DNA of 64,000 nt from Octopus sinensis (Eukaryota), in assembly GCF_006345805.1 (NCBI RefSeq), contig NC_042997.1, forward strand, positions 193,936,001-194,000,000, read 5' to 3'. A model generated the notes under the pieces. It worked only from the letters and a program-made list of their open reading frames with translations, searched no databases and was not told where the DNA came from. Each line of letters starts with the position of its first letter. Within the stretch, counting starts at the first letter, position 1. Below are positions 1 through 12,589 of this stretch, one piece after another. The position numbers and the translations under genes are program-made.

Positions 1-15
1 TTATTACTGTTGTAG

Positions 16-144
16 GCCAAAGAGAAAGAACAGATGATGAAGGAACAGAAACGGTTGAATGACCGCAACATTAAGAAGGTTGTGCGTAAACCAATTGGTT
101 CCCATGAGAGGCCAGGGGACAGCAGTACGACAACGAAACGAAAG
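16..144 (+). CDS. SART3: SART3 coding exon (first in window; gene continues upstream of the window)
   Basis: Acceptor TGTAG at 11-15, donor GTAGG at 145. 129 nt, phase 0-0, AKEKEQMMKEQKRLNDRNIKKVVRKPIGSHERPGDSSTTTKRK (Lys/Arg-rich linker). Joins in frame to the downstream RRM exons. Confidence 0.85.
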
Positions 145-960
145 GTAGGCCCCCTTTTTTTTTTTTTTTTTTTTTTTTCGGTTTTGTTTTGGATGTTAAC
201 CTCGTTGTTATCTCTTTCATGTTCATGCTTTGTTTGATTCACATCTGTTGTTAACCCCACAACATCGGTTGTAATAAATTCACATGCACTGTTTACATGC
301 TTTGAAATAGATGATGAAAACATACGCAGTCCGATCTGCTGTGGTTTTGTACCTGTTTGTGTATCAGTTGATATAAATATCCACTATCACTCACGGAATT
401 GATGATAGAGGCTACTTCAAGAAATATGATAGGTTTGTCAGATTCATCATCATCATCACCATAATTTAACGTCCGTTTTCCATGCTAGCATGGGTTGGAC
501 GGTTCGACCGGGGTCTGGGAAGCCAGGAGGCTGCACCAGGCACCAGTCTGATCTGGCAGTGTTAAATAATTGTTGTTGACACACTACGGCAGAAATTGTA
601 TTTACCTCAATAGACGTCATTGATTGGTTGAAATTGCCGAAATGCAAGAAGTTAAACAACAAATAGCTTACAAACTACAGAATTTTCTCAAGAAAGCCAA
701 GAGAAAAAGATGTTTTATGTAACACACTACCAATATACAAAGTTTAAATGTGTTTAGTTACAAAAATTATTTTAAAAATCTGCCAGTCAAAGTGAAAAGA
801 TCTGATATTTGTACTATTTTGTTACATATATATGTGTGTATGTATGTGTTTGTATACACACACACAGTCTGTCTCTGTGTATATATGCATCTGACTATTT
901 ATCTATCATATATGTATGTATATATTGATCTTCCTCTTGCATTGCTCCGTTTATTTCCAG

Positions 961-1096
961 CTCCATGAACAACAACAAGTAAACATTACAGATAAAGATG
1001 GTTTTAAGATACCAGTGGTCCCTGCCCTTGTTGGAGAGGTTTCACCAAGGCAACACGACCCTGAAGGTCCTACATCTGCCAAAAAAGTTAAAACTG
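961..1096 (+). CDS. SART3: SART3 coding exon
   Basis: Acceptor TTCCAG ends at 960, donor GTAAG at 1097. 136 nt, phase 0-1, LHEQQQVNITDKDGFKIPVVPALVGEVSPRQHDPEGPTSAKKVKT. Confidence 0.85.
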
Positions 1097-1214
1097 GTAA
1101 GATTACCTGTTGGCTTTTTAAAATTTTGTTTTTGCTTTCTTGTTGGATTTTTTTCCCTCTTATGCTAATTATTCTAGCTGAAGGAGCTCTATGTGGTCAC
1201 TTGTCCTGCTAAAA

Positions 1215-1884
1215 ATAACAGCCACATCTCCGGCAAGCCAAACAAGACCATAACCTCGTGGCCTATTCCAGGGGCGTAACCAGCCCACTTAAGCGTGCCT
1301 TTTCCTTCTTTGGACACTAAACTCTGCTTGCGAAGACCTGTTGAGGCAAGTGAAATCAAAATCAAATTCGATGACTGGCATCTGTGCTAGCTGGGTGCAA
1401 AGAGCAGCATCTGAGCGTGATCGTTGAAAGAGCAGCTAACCAGCTGCCGTGCCAGTGGCACATAAAAGGCACCATTCGAGTGTGATCGTTACCAGTGTCG
1501 CCTTACTGGCACTTGAGCCCTGTGCTAGTAGGGTGCTAAGAGCATCATCCGAGCATGATCGTTGCCAGAGCGGCTAACTGGCTTCCACGCCGGTGGTACA
1601 TAAAAGGCACCATTTGAGCATGATTGTTACCAGCATCGCCTTACTGGTACCTATGCCGGTGGCATGTGTAAAAAGATTCAAGCGAGGTCGTTGCCAGTAC
1701 CACCTGATTGGTCCCCATGCCGGTGGCACGTAAAAGCACCCACTACACTCTTGGAGTAGTTGGCATTAGGAAGGGCATCCAGCTGTAGAAACTATGCCAG
1801 ATCAGATTGGAGCCTGGTGCAGCCATCTGGTTCGCCAGTCCTCAGTCAAACCATTCAACCCATGCCAGCATGGAAAGTGGACGT
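1215..1884 (+). mobile_element. 5'-truncated copy of the (GAT)-tailed RTE-derived family
   Basis: Same motifs as 13130-13585. Other copies: 445-560 (-), 2590-2760 (-, old), 4105-4440, 6355-6642, 7690-7895, 17735-18062, 20330-20560, 22115-22407 (all +). Confidence 0.8.
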
Positions 1885-2947
1885 CTTATTCTTTGTAAGC
1901 CTAGTACTTATTGATGATGATGATGGAGTTTTGATGAAGATCATGTCATTGTTCAACATCTTATTTGACAACTGGAAAGATATTATGGGAAAACAACAGG
2001 TGGAGAGACATGTATGTAGTGAAGGAGCCTTGTGATACACTGAGTCTCTGCAGTATGAGTTCAATTCCTGCCAGAGTTAATTTTACTTTTCATCCTTTTG
2101 AAATCAATAAAGAAGGAGAAAGGTACCAGCAGGGTGGTGTATTGATAGAGTTCTTAGAGCATCTGATGGACTTCTTTGCAGTGTCCATTCCAGCTCTGTG
2201 CATTGTAAGTTCATTTTTTTGACCTGTCAGGAGTTGTGACCAACAGATGGAAATGTAATTCTGTTGATTAATTTGGATTATAAACTGCTACTACCTATTT
2301 CTTTACTACCCACAAGGGGCTAAACACAGAGGAGACAAACAAGGACAGACAAACGGATTAAGTTGATTATATTGACCCCAGTATGCAACTGGTATTTATT
2401 TATTCGACCCCGAAAGGATGAAAGGCAAAGTCGACCTCGGCGGAATTTGAACTCAGAACGTAGCAGCAGACGAAATACTGCTAAGCATTTCGCCCGGCGT
2501 GCTAACGTTTCTGCCAGCTCGCCGCCTTCATGGATGATAAACTGCTACCACCACCACCACATGGGTTTGGGGATTTTTTAATCACCTTTATTATCATCAT
2601 TTCATGTCTGATTTCCATGCTGATTGGTTTGACAGGAGCTGGCAAGTTGGAGAGCTACATCAGGCTCCAGTTGTCTGTTTTGGTATGGTTTCTGTGGCCA
2701 GATGCCCTTCCTGATGCCAACCACTTTACAGTGTGTACTAGGTGATTTACATGATGCTGGCATGACTGGTTTTTGTGGGGTGCTGACAGATGCTCTTTTA
2801 CTTGGTGCTGGCACTAGTACTCTTTATGCGGTACCAACACATATGCTACTCAGCCACCTTTGTACTGTAGTTGATAGGGTAATGTGTTTTGTTTAGGACT
2901 TTAGTCCAGTACCTCTTTTAGTTTCTGGTCTCTGAATATATATTACT

Positions 2948-3345
2948 AACAGTATCGCCCGGCATTGCTCGGGTTTGTAAGGGAAATAACTATATAAGCA
3001 TTTTTAGAGAGTTATAGCCAAAAAATAGCAAAAAAATGCATTAAAAATGGAAAAAAATTATAGTAATTTTTTTTTTAAATTGTTGACTCATCGTAGACAT
3101 TTTTAGAGAGTTACTTCCCTTATATAATAGCGAAAAAAATGCATTAAAATGGAAAAAATGATGGTAAATTTTTTTTAAAATCGTAGACTCATCGTAGACG
3201 CGCGCTAGTACCCAGAAGGGCTCGATATGAATCACGACTATAAGATACCCGGTTTTGGTTAAACTGCACCGCAAAATGTGGGAGTAGTTAGGAATCTAAA
3301 TCGTAGGAGACAGACACACAACCTTACTTTTATATATAAAGATAT
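2948..3345 (+). mobile_element. Non-autonomous Helitron/Helentron-like element; second copy with the same 5' end at 53808-54185
   Basis: Shared start TACTA(A/G)CAGTATCGCCCGGC(A/G)TTGCTC(G/A)GG with a subterminal inverted repeat; 3' end ...GACA(C/G)AC...TTTATATA(T/G)A(A/G)AGA. Confidence 0.6.
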
Positions 3346-3360
3346 ATGTATTCAGAACAA

Positions 3361-3536
3361 GCGCAGGAGTGGCTGTATGGTAAGTAGCTTGCTTACCAAC
3401 CACATGGTTCCGGGTTCAGTCCCACTGTGTGGCACCTTGGGCAAGTGTCTTCTACTATAGCCTCGGGCTGACCAAAGCCTTGTGAGTGGATTTGAAAGAT
3501 GGAAACTGAAAGAAACCCGTGGTATATATGTATATA

Positions 3537-3612
<76 letters not shown>

Positions 3613-3815
3613 TTGTGTGTCTGTGTTTGTCCCCCTAACATCACTTGACAACTAATGCTGGTGCGTTTACGTCCCTGTAACTTAGCGGTTCTGCAAAAGA
3701 AACTGAGTGAATAAGTACTAGGCTTGCAAAGAATAAGTCCCGGGGTCGATTTGCTCGACTAAAAAGGCAGTGCTCCTGCATGGCCACAGTCAAATGACTG
3801 AAACAAGTAAAAGAG
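3361..3815 (+). mobile_element. tRNA-derived SINE family 1 (head GGCGCAGGAGTGGCTGTGTGGTAAG; internal (TA/TG)n; tail CAGCATGGCCGCAGTCAAATGACTGAAAC)
   Basis: A-box/B-box-like head (GTGGCTGTGTGG; GGTTCAGTCCC). Further copies at 4979-5350, 10724-11115, 15910-16315, 16826-17215, 26607-27000 (+) and 16540-16760, 32690-33105, 34860-35200, 48385-48792 (-). Confidence 0.9.
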
Positions 3816-3868
3816 TATGTATATATGTGTGTTTGCTTAAGTCAGAATTTGTTTGAATTACTTTACAG

Positions 3869-3993
3869 TTACAGACAAACCTCCACCAGGATTTACCCCC
3901 AAGTTTGAATCTAGCAAACAAGATCGCACTGTCTTTGTGAGTAACATCAGCTATGATTTGGATGAAGATAATCTGGAAGAAATATTTTCAAAG
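3869..3993 (+). CDS. SART3: SART3 coding exon, RRM1 start (RNP2 TVFVSNI)
   Basis: Acceptor CAG ending at 3868 or 3874 (both in frame), donor GTAAG at 3994. (VT)DKPPPGFTPKFESSKQDRTVFVSNISYDLDEDNLEEIFSK. Confidence 0.92.
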
Positions 3994-6946
3994 GTAAGTT
4001 TTGGGCTCAGCTAATCTTATAAATACCTAAATTATTAATTAGCTGACAAACACCATTTAATGCTAAAATAATTAAGTAGTGAAGACAGAGAGCTTTTTAC
4101 AATGCATGGCTTCCGTGCCGGTGGCACGTAAAAGGGCCCCATTCGAGCGGGATCATTACCAGCATCGCCTTACTGGCACCTGTGCCGGTGGCATGTGTAA
4201 AAGATTCGAGCCAGATCGTTGCCAGTACCACCTGACTGGCCCCCTTCCCGGTGGCACATAAAAGCACCCACTTCCCTCTCGGAGTGGTTGGCGTTAGGAA
4301 GGTGGATCCAGCTCTAGAAACTCTGCCAGATCAAGATTGAAGCCTGGTGCAGCCATCCGATTCGCCAGCCCTCAGTCAAACCGTCCAACCCATGCTAGCA
4401 TGGAAAGCGGGCGTTAAACGATGATGATGATGATGATGATATTTCAGGCAGAAAGGCCCATCCTCAGAAATAAACCAATCAAGAAACATAACTCTTTACA
4501 TTACTGGATATGTTGTTATATGTGTACATGATTGTTGATCAACAGGGCCAGTATTGTATAGACTAACATTTCTTGACTGTTTACTTCTGATGATAGGGGT
4601 TTGTGCCTGAAATACATAAAAGTTATTAAACTTTTTCCTTTAAACATTGTAACAAGCTCTCTGTCTTTCACTATTTTATTATTTTACTTTATCACAATAT
4701 TCAATGACAGTAATAAAGCATGTAGGAAAAAAAACAAAGCACAGTTCATTTTATAAAAGGTAAGCTTTTACTACAGGTGAACATAAACCAAAGCACAATA
4801 AAATAAAATCTTTAATTATCATTGAAGTCCGAAAAATCTTCATCATCAAACTGGTCTATAGTAATGAATGTCAGAGACTAAATAAGCATATGGGAGACTC
4901 AACTTTGCATATAGGGCCCAGGTTGGTTTTTTTAAAAACATATTCTTATGGAAAAAGTGTGTTATATGCCATCAAATAGGCGCAGGAGTGGCTGTGTGGT
5001 AAGTAGCTTGCTTACCAACCACATGGTTCCGGGTTCAGTCCCACTGCGTGGCACCTTGGGCAAGTGTTTTCTGCTATAGCCCCGGGCCGACCAATGCCTT
5101 GTGAGTGGATTTGGTAGACGGAAACTGAAAGAAGCCTGTCGTATATATGTATATATGTATGTGTGTTTGTTTGTGTGTCTATGTTTGTCCCCCTAGCATT
5201 ACTTGACAACCGATGCTGGTGTGTTTATGTCTCCGTTACTTAGCGGTTCGGCAAAAGAGACTGACAGAATAAGTACTGGGCTTACAAAAAGAATAAGTCC
5301 CAGGGTCGAGTTGCTCGATTAAAGGCGGTGCTCCAGTAAAAGAGTAAAGAGAGAGTATTCTGTATTATTTATTACAAGTTTCTGAAGTTTTACAAATTTT
5401 TTCCTGTTTCTGCTTTTTATTTATTGCAATGTTTTTTTTACAAAGTGGTCATTAATCAGTGTTTGAGTAATAATTTATTTGATGATTTGATCAATGAATT
5501 AATGGCCGATAAGGCTTTGCAGATGACAACCTGAGAGATATATTTATTTATTCTGCTTATATTTGATGTCTAACTTGTGAGTTTGATCCAATTTTTCAAC
5601 AAGTGACATGCCTAAAATATTTTTTTCTACTCTAGGTGCAAGGCCCAAAATATTTGGGGAGGGGTGGGGCCAGTCGATTAGATCGACCCCAGTATGCAAC
5701 TGGTACTTAATTTATCGACCCCGAAAGGATGAAAAGCAATGTTGACCTTGGTGGAATTTGAACTCAGAACGTAAAGATAGACGAAATACCTGTTTCTTTA
5801 TTACCCACAAGGGGCTAAACATAGAGGGGAGAAACAAGGACAGACAAACGGATTAAGTTGATTACATCGACCCCAGTGTGTAACTGGTACTTAATTTATC
5901 GACCCCGAAAGGATGAAAGGCAAAGTTGACCTCGGCAGAATTTGAACTCAGAACGTTACGGCAGACGAAATACCGATAAGCATTTCACCTGGCATGCTAG
6001 GCATGCTAATGTTTCTACCATCTCAATTCCTTGACATGCCTGAAATATTACCTGAGGAATGCTCAGATACCAAACCTTTTGCCAGCATTGTTGGTCTGAA
6101 AATACTTTTAGGATTTAATGAGGCTTGATGAGTATTTTTTTTTTTCAACCTTTCTCATTGAGTTTTAATTAGCATGACCACCCAATAAACTAATTTGTTT
6201 GTGGAACTAAATGAGACAGTCAACTTGGTACATATTTTGATGAAATTCACATACATCTGGGTATGTTGTTTCTGATGGAAGAAACAGCTTGCCTATAAAC
6301 TTTATAATGAATGAACTACTAAAGGATCAGGGTAAAATATTTCTTCTTTTGTTTGTCATAAAGCACCATCCGTTCGTGGCCGTTGCCAGCCTCGCCTGGC
6401 CCTTGTGCCGGTGGCACATAAAAAGCACCATCCGATCGTGGCCGTTTGTCCGACTCGTTTGGCACGTAAAAAGCACCCACTACACTCATGGAGTGGTTGG
6501 CGTTAGGAAGGGCATCCAGCCGTAGAAACATTGCCAGATCAGACTGGGCCTGGTGCAGCCTTCTGGCTTCCCAGACCCCGATCGAACCGTCCAACCCATG
6601 CTAGCATGGAAAGCGGACGCTAAACGATGATGATGATGATGATTAAGGCGGCGAGCTGGCAGAAATGTTAGCACGCCTGGCAAAATGCTTAGTGGTATTT
6701 CGTCTATCTTTACATTCTGAGTTCAAATTCCCCCGAGGTCAACTTTGCCTTTCATCATTTTGGGGTCAATAAATTAAGTACCTGTTGCATACTGGGGTTG
6801 ATCTAATCGACTGGCCCCTTCCCCCAAAATTTCAGGTCTTGTGCCTAGAGTAGAAAAAAATATTTGATGTACATTAAGGCAGTGAACTGACAGAAACGTT
6901 AGCATGCTGGGTGAAATGCTTAGCAATATTTCATCTGTCTTTATTA

Positions 6947-6998
<52 letters not shown>

Positions 6999-7002
<4 letters not shown>

Positions 7003-7233
7003 TGGTGCATAATTATTGCAGCTTTTTTTCAACAAAAACAATAACAACATGTAACAAAAACATTTTTAAATGATTATTCTGGAGCATATTCATCATCTAC
7101 CTCAATTACCGCTTCCCGTTTGCTTGGCAGACGGTCAGACCGTCATTTAAAGATGATTTTGTTAAATATTGTTATTGTTTTTGCTGAATAAAATTTGTTG
7201 AAAAAACCACGCAATGATTATACACCAATCCAA
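6999..7233. mobile_element. Mariner-derived MITE
   Basis: TIRs GGTTGGTGCATAATTATTGC / GCAATGATTATACACCAATCC with TA flanks. The interior on the - strand reads GLTVCQ/DRLPSKREAVIEVDDEY, resembling the mariner transposase C-terminus. Confidence 0.65.
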
Positions 7234-8005
7234 TATATATGTGTGTTTATGTGTGTGTTATAGAAATGTTAATAGTTCTACAATGTCCATCAAATGTTTG
7301 TATTATTTGCATGTAGTAAAAATTGTTCAGCCATAAGGATTCCCTTGATTGCCTTCAACCTTTCAGTTTTGTCATTTTCTTTTTTTGAACTTGTGGCTCC
7401 TTAAACAGTGTCATTTATTTTCAGTTCTCCACATAAAACATGTCCAAGCTGTTAATTACTTGATAGACTAAGAAGTTATTACATCATTTGGAAATGGTTA
7501 TGGGTTGGCAACAGGATGTCCAACTGTAGAAAAACTCTGTCTTAACATTTATTTATTCATCTGGCCTGTCCAAGCATAGAAAAGTGGACCTTAAAATGAA
7601 GTAAAAGCATGGCTGTCATTGCATACAGGCTCATCCCTCACAACCCGCTCCAGCTCAGCATCCCTAATCTTGTTGGTTCATAAGTACTGGTTCCACATAA
7701 AAGAAGTACCCATGCCAGTGTTGCCTAAAAGCACCCAGTACACTCTGCAAAGTGGTTGTCGTTAGGGAGGGCATTCAGCCATAAAAACCATGCCAAAACA
7801 GGCATGGAGCCTGAACAGCCCTTCAGCTGGTCAGCTTCTGCTAAACCATCCAACCCATGCCAGCATGGAAAACACATGCTAAATTATGATGACGAAAGGC
7901 ACAGCGTTTACAGTATCTAGAATTATTAACTTTGTAGTGTCAAGCTTTTGTAGATAACAAATGTATGACAAATATGTTATGTACTGATATCATTTGTAAT
8001 TTTAG

Positions 8006-8089
8006 TGTGGAGAAATTGTCCAAATCCGACTTGTCCAAAATTACAAAGGCAAATCTAAAGGTTATGCTTATGTTGAGTTTAAATCAACG
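8006..8089 (+). CDS. SART3: SART3 coding exon, RRM1 RNP1 (KGYAYVEF)
   Basis: TTTAG/GTAAG boundaries; 84 nt; CGEIVQIRLVQNYKGKSKGYAYVEFKST. Confidence 0.95.
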
Positions 8090-8248
8090 GTAAGTTGCCT
8101 ACTTTCCTTATTGATTTTCTTGTTTTGGTTAAATCAGAAAGATGACCATATTTGATGACATACTAGATACTCTCAGATGTTTAATTCTATGAAAGGTGGG
8201 ATAAACTACAGTGTACCTCATCTGGAAAACAAGAGTGTATCTTATATA

Positions 8249-8770
8249 CCATAAATCCTCGAGTATAGTCTGCCTTTGAGTATAATATGCAGGTGATTTT
8301 TAGGGGGTTGTACCTCTGAAAAACCTAAGCCTTGTGTATAATATGCACCCCTTCTCTAACTTGAGTCGTGCATAATTAAGCCAGCAGCACCTAATCAAAC
8401 AAACACTTCCACGCATGCGTAATACAATAATGGTGATGTGCTTAACTGTTATATGGGCATGTTAATGTGTTTGCAAATTGTTTTTGTTATATGTTATTCT
8501 GTGTTGTGAATACTTTTATTTTAATAAATGTTGCTTACTGTAAGTTATGGATGATCCTTTTATGACTTCATTGCTTTCAGGCTTAGCTTAAGGTATTTTC
8601 GCGCCCGACATCTCAAAATACGTCTGAATAAACTTTGCTGGACAGCAAACATAGACTTGGGCATTGCTTACAAAATATTTATCATTTTTAACCTCGTATA
8701 TAGTACGCACTAGGGATTTTGACCTTTAAATTTTTGGGAAAAATTGCAGATTATACTCGAGGATTTACAG
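8249..8770. mobile_element. pogo/Tigger-like MITE
   Basis: TA-CCATAAATCCTCGAGTATA ... TTATACTCGAGGATTTACAG-TA terminal inverted repeats with a TA TSD. Confidence 0.75.
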
Positions 8771-11338
8771 TAGTCATTGAATGTAACCAAGAATATGTTG
8801 TTTATAAAAATACTGTTTAAATTAGTTTCAATCAACTGTGTCTCTTTTTATATATTAGGGGCTTCCTTTCTCCATCTTGTCTATGAACCTCATAGAAATT
8901 AATAAGCAAATTAATAAAGTTTTAGGTTATATTAATTATTAATAAATCATGAATAATTATATTATATATAATACTATAAAAACCCATATAATTTTTGCAC
9001 CTGTATAATTCATGCAGGATAAAATTTGTTAAAAACAGCTTCTACTCATGTAAAATTCGCACCTAAAAGTTTTCAGAATTACCGATATGGCCAAGGGGAA
9101 AAAGTTTTCACTTAAGTTGTATTTAGCATAATTTGACTTACTTATGATTAGATTTTATTAAATTTTCATTAAATACAAACAATTTGTTGCACATGTATTA
9201 CATTGAAAGCTATTAAATTATGAAGTGTTTGTGTTGTTTACGATAAACATTATTTTACATTTCTTGCCCACAAGAGATTATGTCCGATCTTTAGCATTTT
9301 AATTACCAATAAACATCAGCTTGGATGACACTTCACTCAACCAACAGAGGAAGGTGACCAATCAAACTGATTATGTAAACAGAATTCTGATTGGTTGAAA
9401 GTGCTTTCCTGTCTCAAGCTCTGATTTTCTACCTATTCTTGTTGGAACCTTTGATATGGAGTATCGAAAATTTTAATCCCTTTCACATTTAAAATCCCTT
9501 TAAAATTTATCATTACCGTTTTAGCTGGTAGACCAAACTGATAGTTGGGTAACCCGCTAAAATAAACATTAAAAATTGAAAGGAGAAAATAAACAGCTTT
9601 TCAAGTTTAACTCAGTGTTTATTGAACAAGAGAAGTGCAAAATTTCAGAAGCGACTTGTTAGAATATACACGTCTGTGAGGAGACATAAACAAGAATAGC
9701 AAAAATCTACTATACCAAAAGAACTGGTAATACATACATTACAAGTGTTCTATGAAGAGAACATAAGATTGTTGCGTAATTCAACATGAATGTGAAACGA
9801 CATTAAACATCGTATAAGGTAAATGAAGGTTTCTGTAGGAACGCTAAGTCATATTCGCTTAGTGAGTTTACATGTACAAGGACGAATTATGATGTTGTCG
9901 TCAACATTAGGTGCAATAAGAGCTGGTAGCAGCAACGTCGGCAGTGATGAATTTCATTGTCCTAACGCGGAGAAAGCAAGCAATAGCTTTCTGAAGACAA
10001 ACGCAAGCTAGACTTCTTGAGCGGAGAAAAACTGATCTATCTAAGGAAAGTGATTACCAGCATGAATGTCAAACTTCAAAAAGTAGTTAACCATTTAATG
10101 GTTTTATTAAATTACGGAGATGTACTTGCATAGCAAGTGACCTGATCTGAGATCCTGTGCTGGAACGAAAACAATTGCAGTGTGGAAGGTGTTTATAAGC
10201 CATTTAAGAAACACACAAAAACCATTAGATTCACTTCAACATTTAAATTTAATTTGTCAAAATATTTTTGTCGCTTTGAGACCGCGACCTGTTCACTGAT
10301 AAAACTCTGTGCTGCATGTTGGTTTTAGTAAATTTATACAGAAAAATTAAGCATTATACCATCCGGCGTAAATAAAAGTTAACTTCATTATATTTTTTCT
10401 GTAGAAACCTATTCTGACATTAAATGAGTCAACTTCCCATATGAATGATTACATTTGTACATCATTTTCCAACAAAAACATTTCTAAAAAAATTCTGGAA
10501 ATGATCTACTCCTGTAATTTATGCCCCCTCTAAAGTTTATTTTTGTTTTTGCTAAAAATGTGTGTAAATTACATGGGTTTTATGGTAATTATTTTATTAA
10601 TTACTAATAAAGTCTGATGTGATATTAATTCTTAATAAATTATGAATAATTAATTAATATTATATAATAATTATATTATTAACAAAGTCTGAGGTTGTAT
10701 TAATAATTTATTAATAAATATTAAGGCGCAGGAGTGGCTGTGTGGTAAGTAGCTTGCTAACCAACCACATGGTTCCGGGTTCAGTCCCACTGCGTGGCAT
10801 CTTGGGCAAGTGTGTTCTGCTATAGCCCTGGGCCGACCAATGCCTTGTGAGTGGATTTGGTAGACGGAAACTGAAAGAAGCCTGTCGTATATATATATAT
10901 ATATGTGTTTGTGTGTCTGTGTTTGTCCCCCTAGCATTGCTTGACAACCGATGCTGGTGTGTTTACGTCCCCGTCACTTAGCGGTTCGGCAAAAAGAGAC
11001 CGATAGAATAAGTACTGGGCTTACAAAGAATAAGTCCTGGGGTCGATTTGCTCGACTAAAGGTGGTGCTCTAGCATGGCCGCAGTCAAATGACTGAAACA
11101 AGTAAAAAGAAAAAAAATTATTTAATATTATATAATAATTATATTAATTAACAAAGTCTGAGGTTGTATTAATAATTTATTAATAATTATTAATAGAGAA
11201 ATTTTATAAAGTAATTATCAATGCGCTATTAGAATCAAGTGTTTGATAGAAGAGTTAAAGAAACTTCTGTTGAAATTGCTCAAGGGTAATTCAGAACTAT
11301 AAAAATCTTTATTCATTGCTTTGTTGTCTAATTTTCAG

Positions 11339-11446
11339 AATTCTTTGGAGAAAGCTCTTAAAATGGATCGAGAAATGATTGAAGGTCGACCTATATTTGT
11401 GTCTAAATGTGAAGACAGGAGTGTGACAAAAACGCATCAGTTTAAG
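11339..11446 (+). CDS. SART3: SART3 coding exon, end of RRM1
   Basis: TTTCAG/GTAAG boundaries; 108 nt; NSLEKALKMDREMIEGRPIFVSKCEDRSVTKTHQFK. Confidence 0.95.
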
Positions 11447-11539
11447 GTAAGAACGTTTATGCCTTCTCGTTCATTTTGGTTTACTTTCCTAAACATCAAC
11501 CTCTTTACGATGCTTTATATTTCTGTACCATCACTAGTT

Positions 11540-11846
11540 GTTGTTTGTTCCTTCTCAAGCCATGCCTGGCTCATAAGGTCCGGTTTCCCGGTTTCCTTGG
11601 CGTAAAGGTTCCCCACCTGGACGGGACGCCGGTCTGTCACAGGTGAGCTGCAAGATACAGGAGGAAAGAATGAGAGGAAGTTGTGGCAAAAGAGTCAGCA
11701 GAAGTTCGACATAACCTTCTGCTGGAGTCGCGTGGAGCTTAGGTGTTTCGCTCATAAACACACACATCATTCAGTCTGAGATTCGAACCCGCGATTCCTC
11801 GACCGCGAGTCCGCTGCTCTAACCACTAGGCCATGTGCCTCCACTA
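11540..11846 (-). mobile_element. tRNA-derived SINE family 3 (AAC tail); related copy 32275-32660 (+)
   Basis: Minus-strand head GGAGGCACATGGCCTAGTGGTTAGAGCAGCGG...GGGTTCGAATCTC has canonical A and B boxes. Confidence 0.8.
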
Positions 11847-12589
11847 GAGAGGTAGTCGTGTCCTTCATATGACTAAAGGGCCCTTACTTGTCAACCTCTT
11901 TAGAAGATGCGAGGTATGAGTGATAAAGGTAGGAATAACAATGATTGGAAGGGTGTGTGATAAGGTATGGAGTGATAGTAATCCTCACTTTCTATGGAAT
12001 ATACATACCTGTCTCAATATTCTTGAAGGTGCATGGTTCAGTGGTCAGAACATCAGGCTTGCAATCAGGAGGTCGTGAGTTTGATTCCTGGACTTGGTTG
12101 TGTGTTGTGTTCTTGAGCAAGACACTTTATTTCATGTTGCTCCAGTTCACTCAGCTGTAGGAATGAGTTGCAACATCACTGGTGCAAAGCTGTATCGGCC
12201 TCTTTGCCATTTTCTTGGATAACATTAGTGACGTGGAGAGGGGAGACTGGTATCCATGGGCAACTTCTTTTCTTCCAAAAGCAGCCTTGCTCGGACTTGT
12301 ACGTCAGAGGGTAACTTTCTAGATGCAATCCCATGATCATTCATGACTGAAGGTGGGTCTTTTACCCTCAGTATTCTTAGTATCTTTTATTTTTATCATC
12401 TTTTCTGGAAGTATTCCCTGGTGAACTTTCTGGTTTAGTCACCTCTGTCAAGTCCTTTAAACATATCCCTCGCATCTCTTCCCAGGTACATCATTTCTCT
12501 GTTGTGCTTCTTGTTTATTCTAATAGCTTCTTTCTTTGTACTGATGCTCTCTGGAACTCATGACCATTGTCTTGTTTTCCTCATTGTGG

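Noticed and set aside
1450-1770. GTGCCGGTGGCACGTAAAAAG motif as a twister or pistol ribozyme
   Set aside because: It lacks the twister UCCC/GAGGG pseudoknot and conserved UAA, and the element order does not fit pistol. Kept only as a possible simple pseudoknot.
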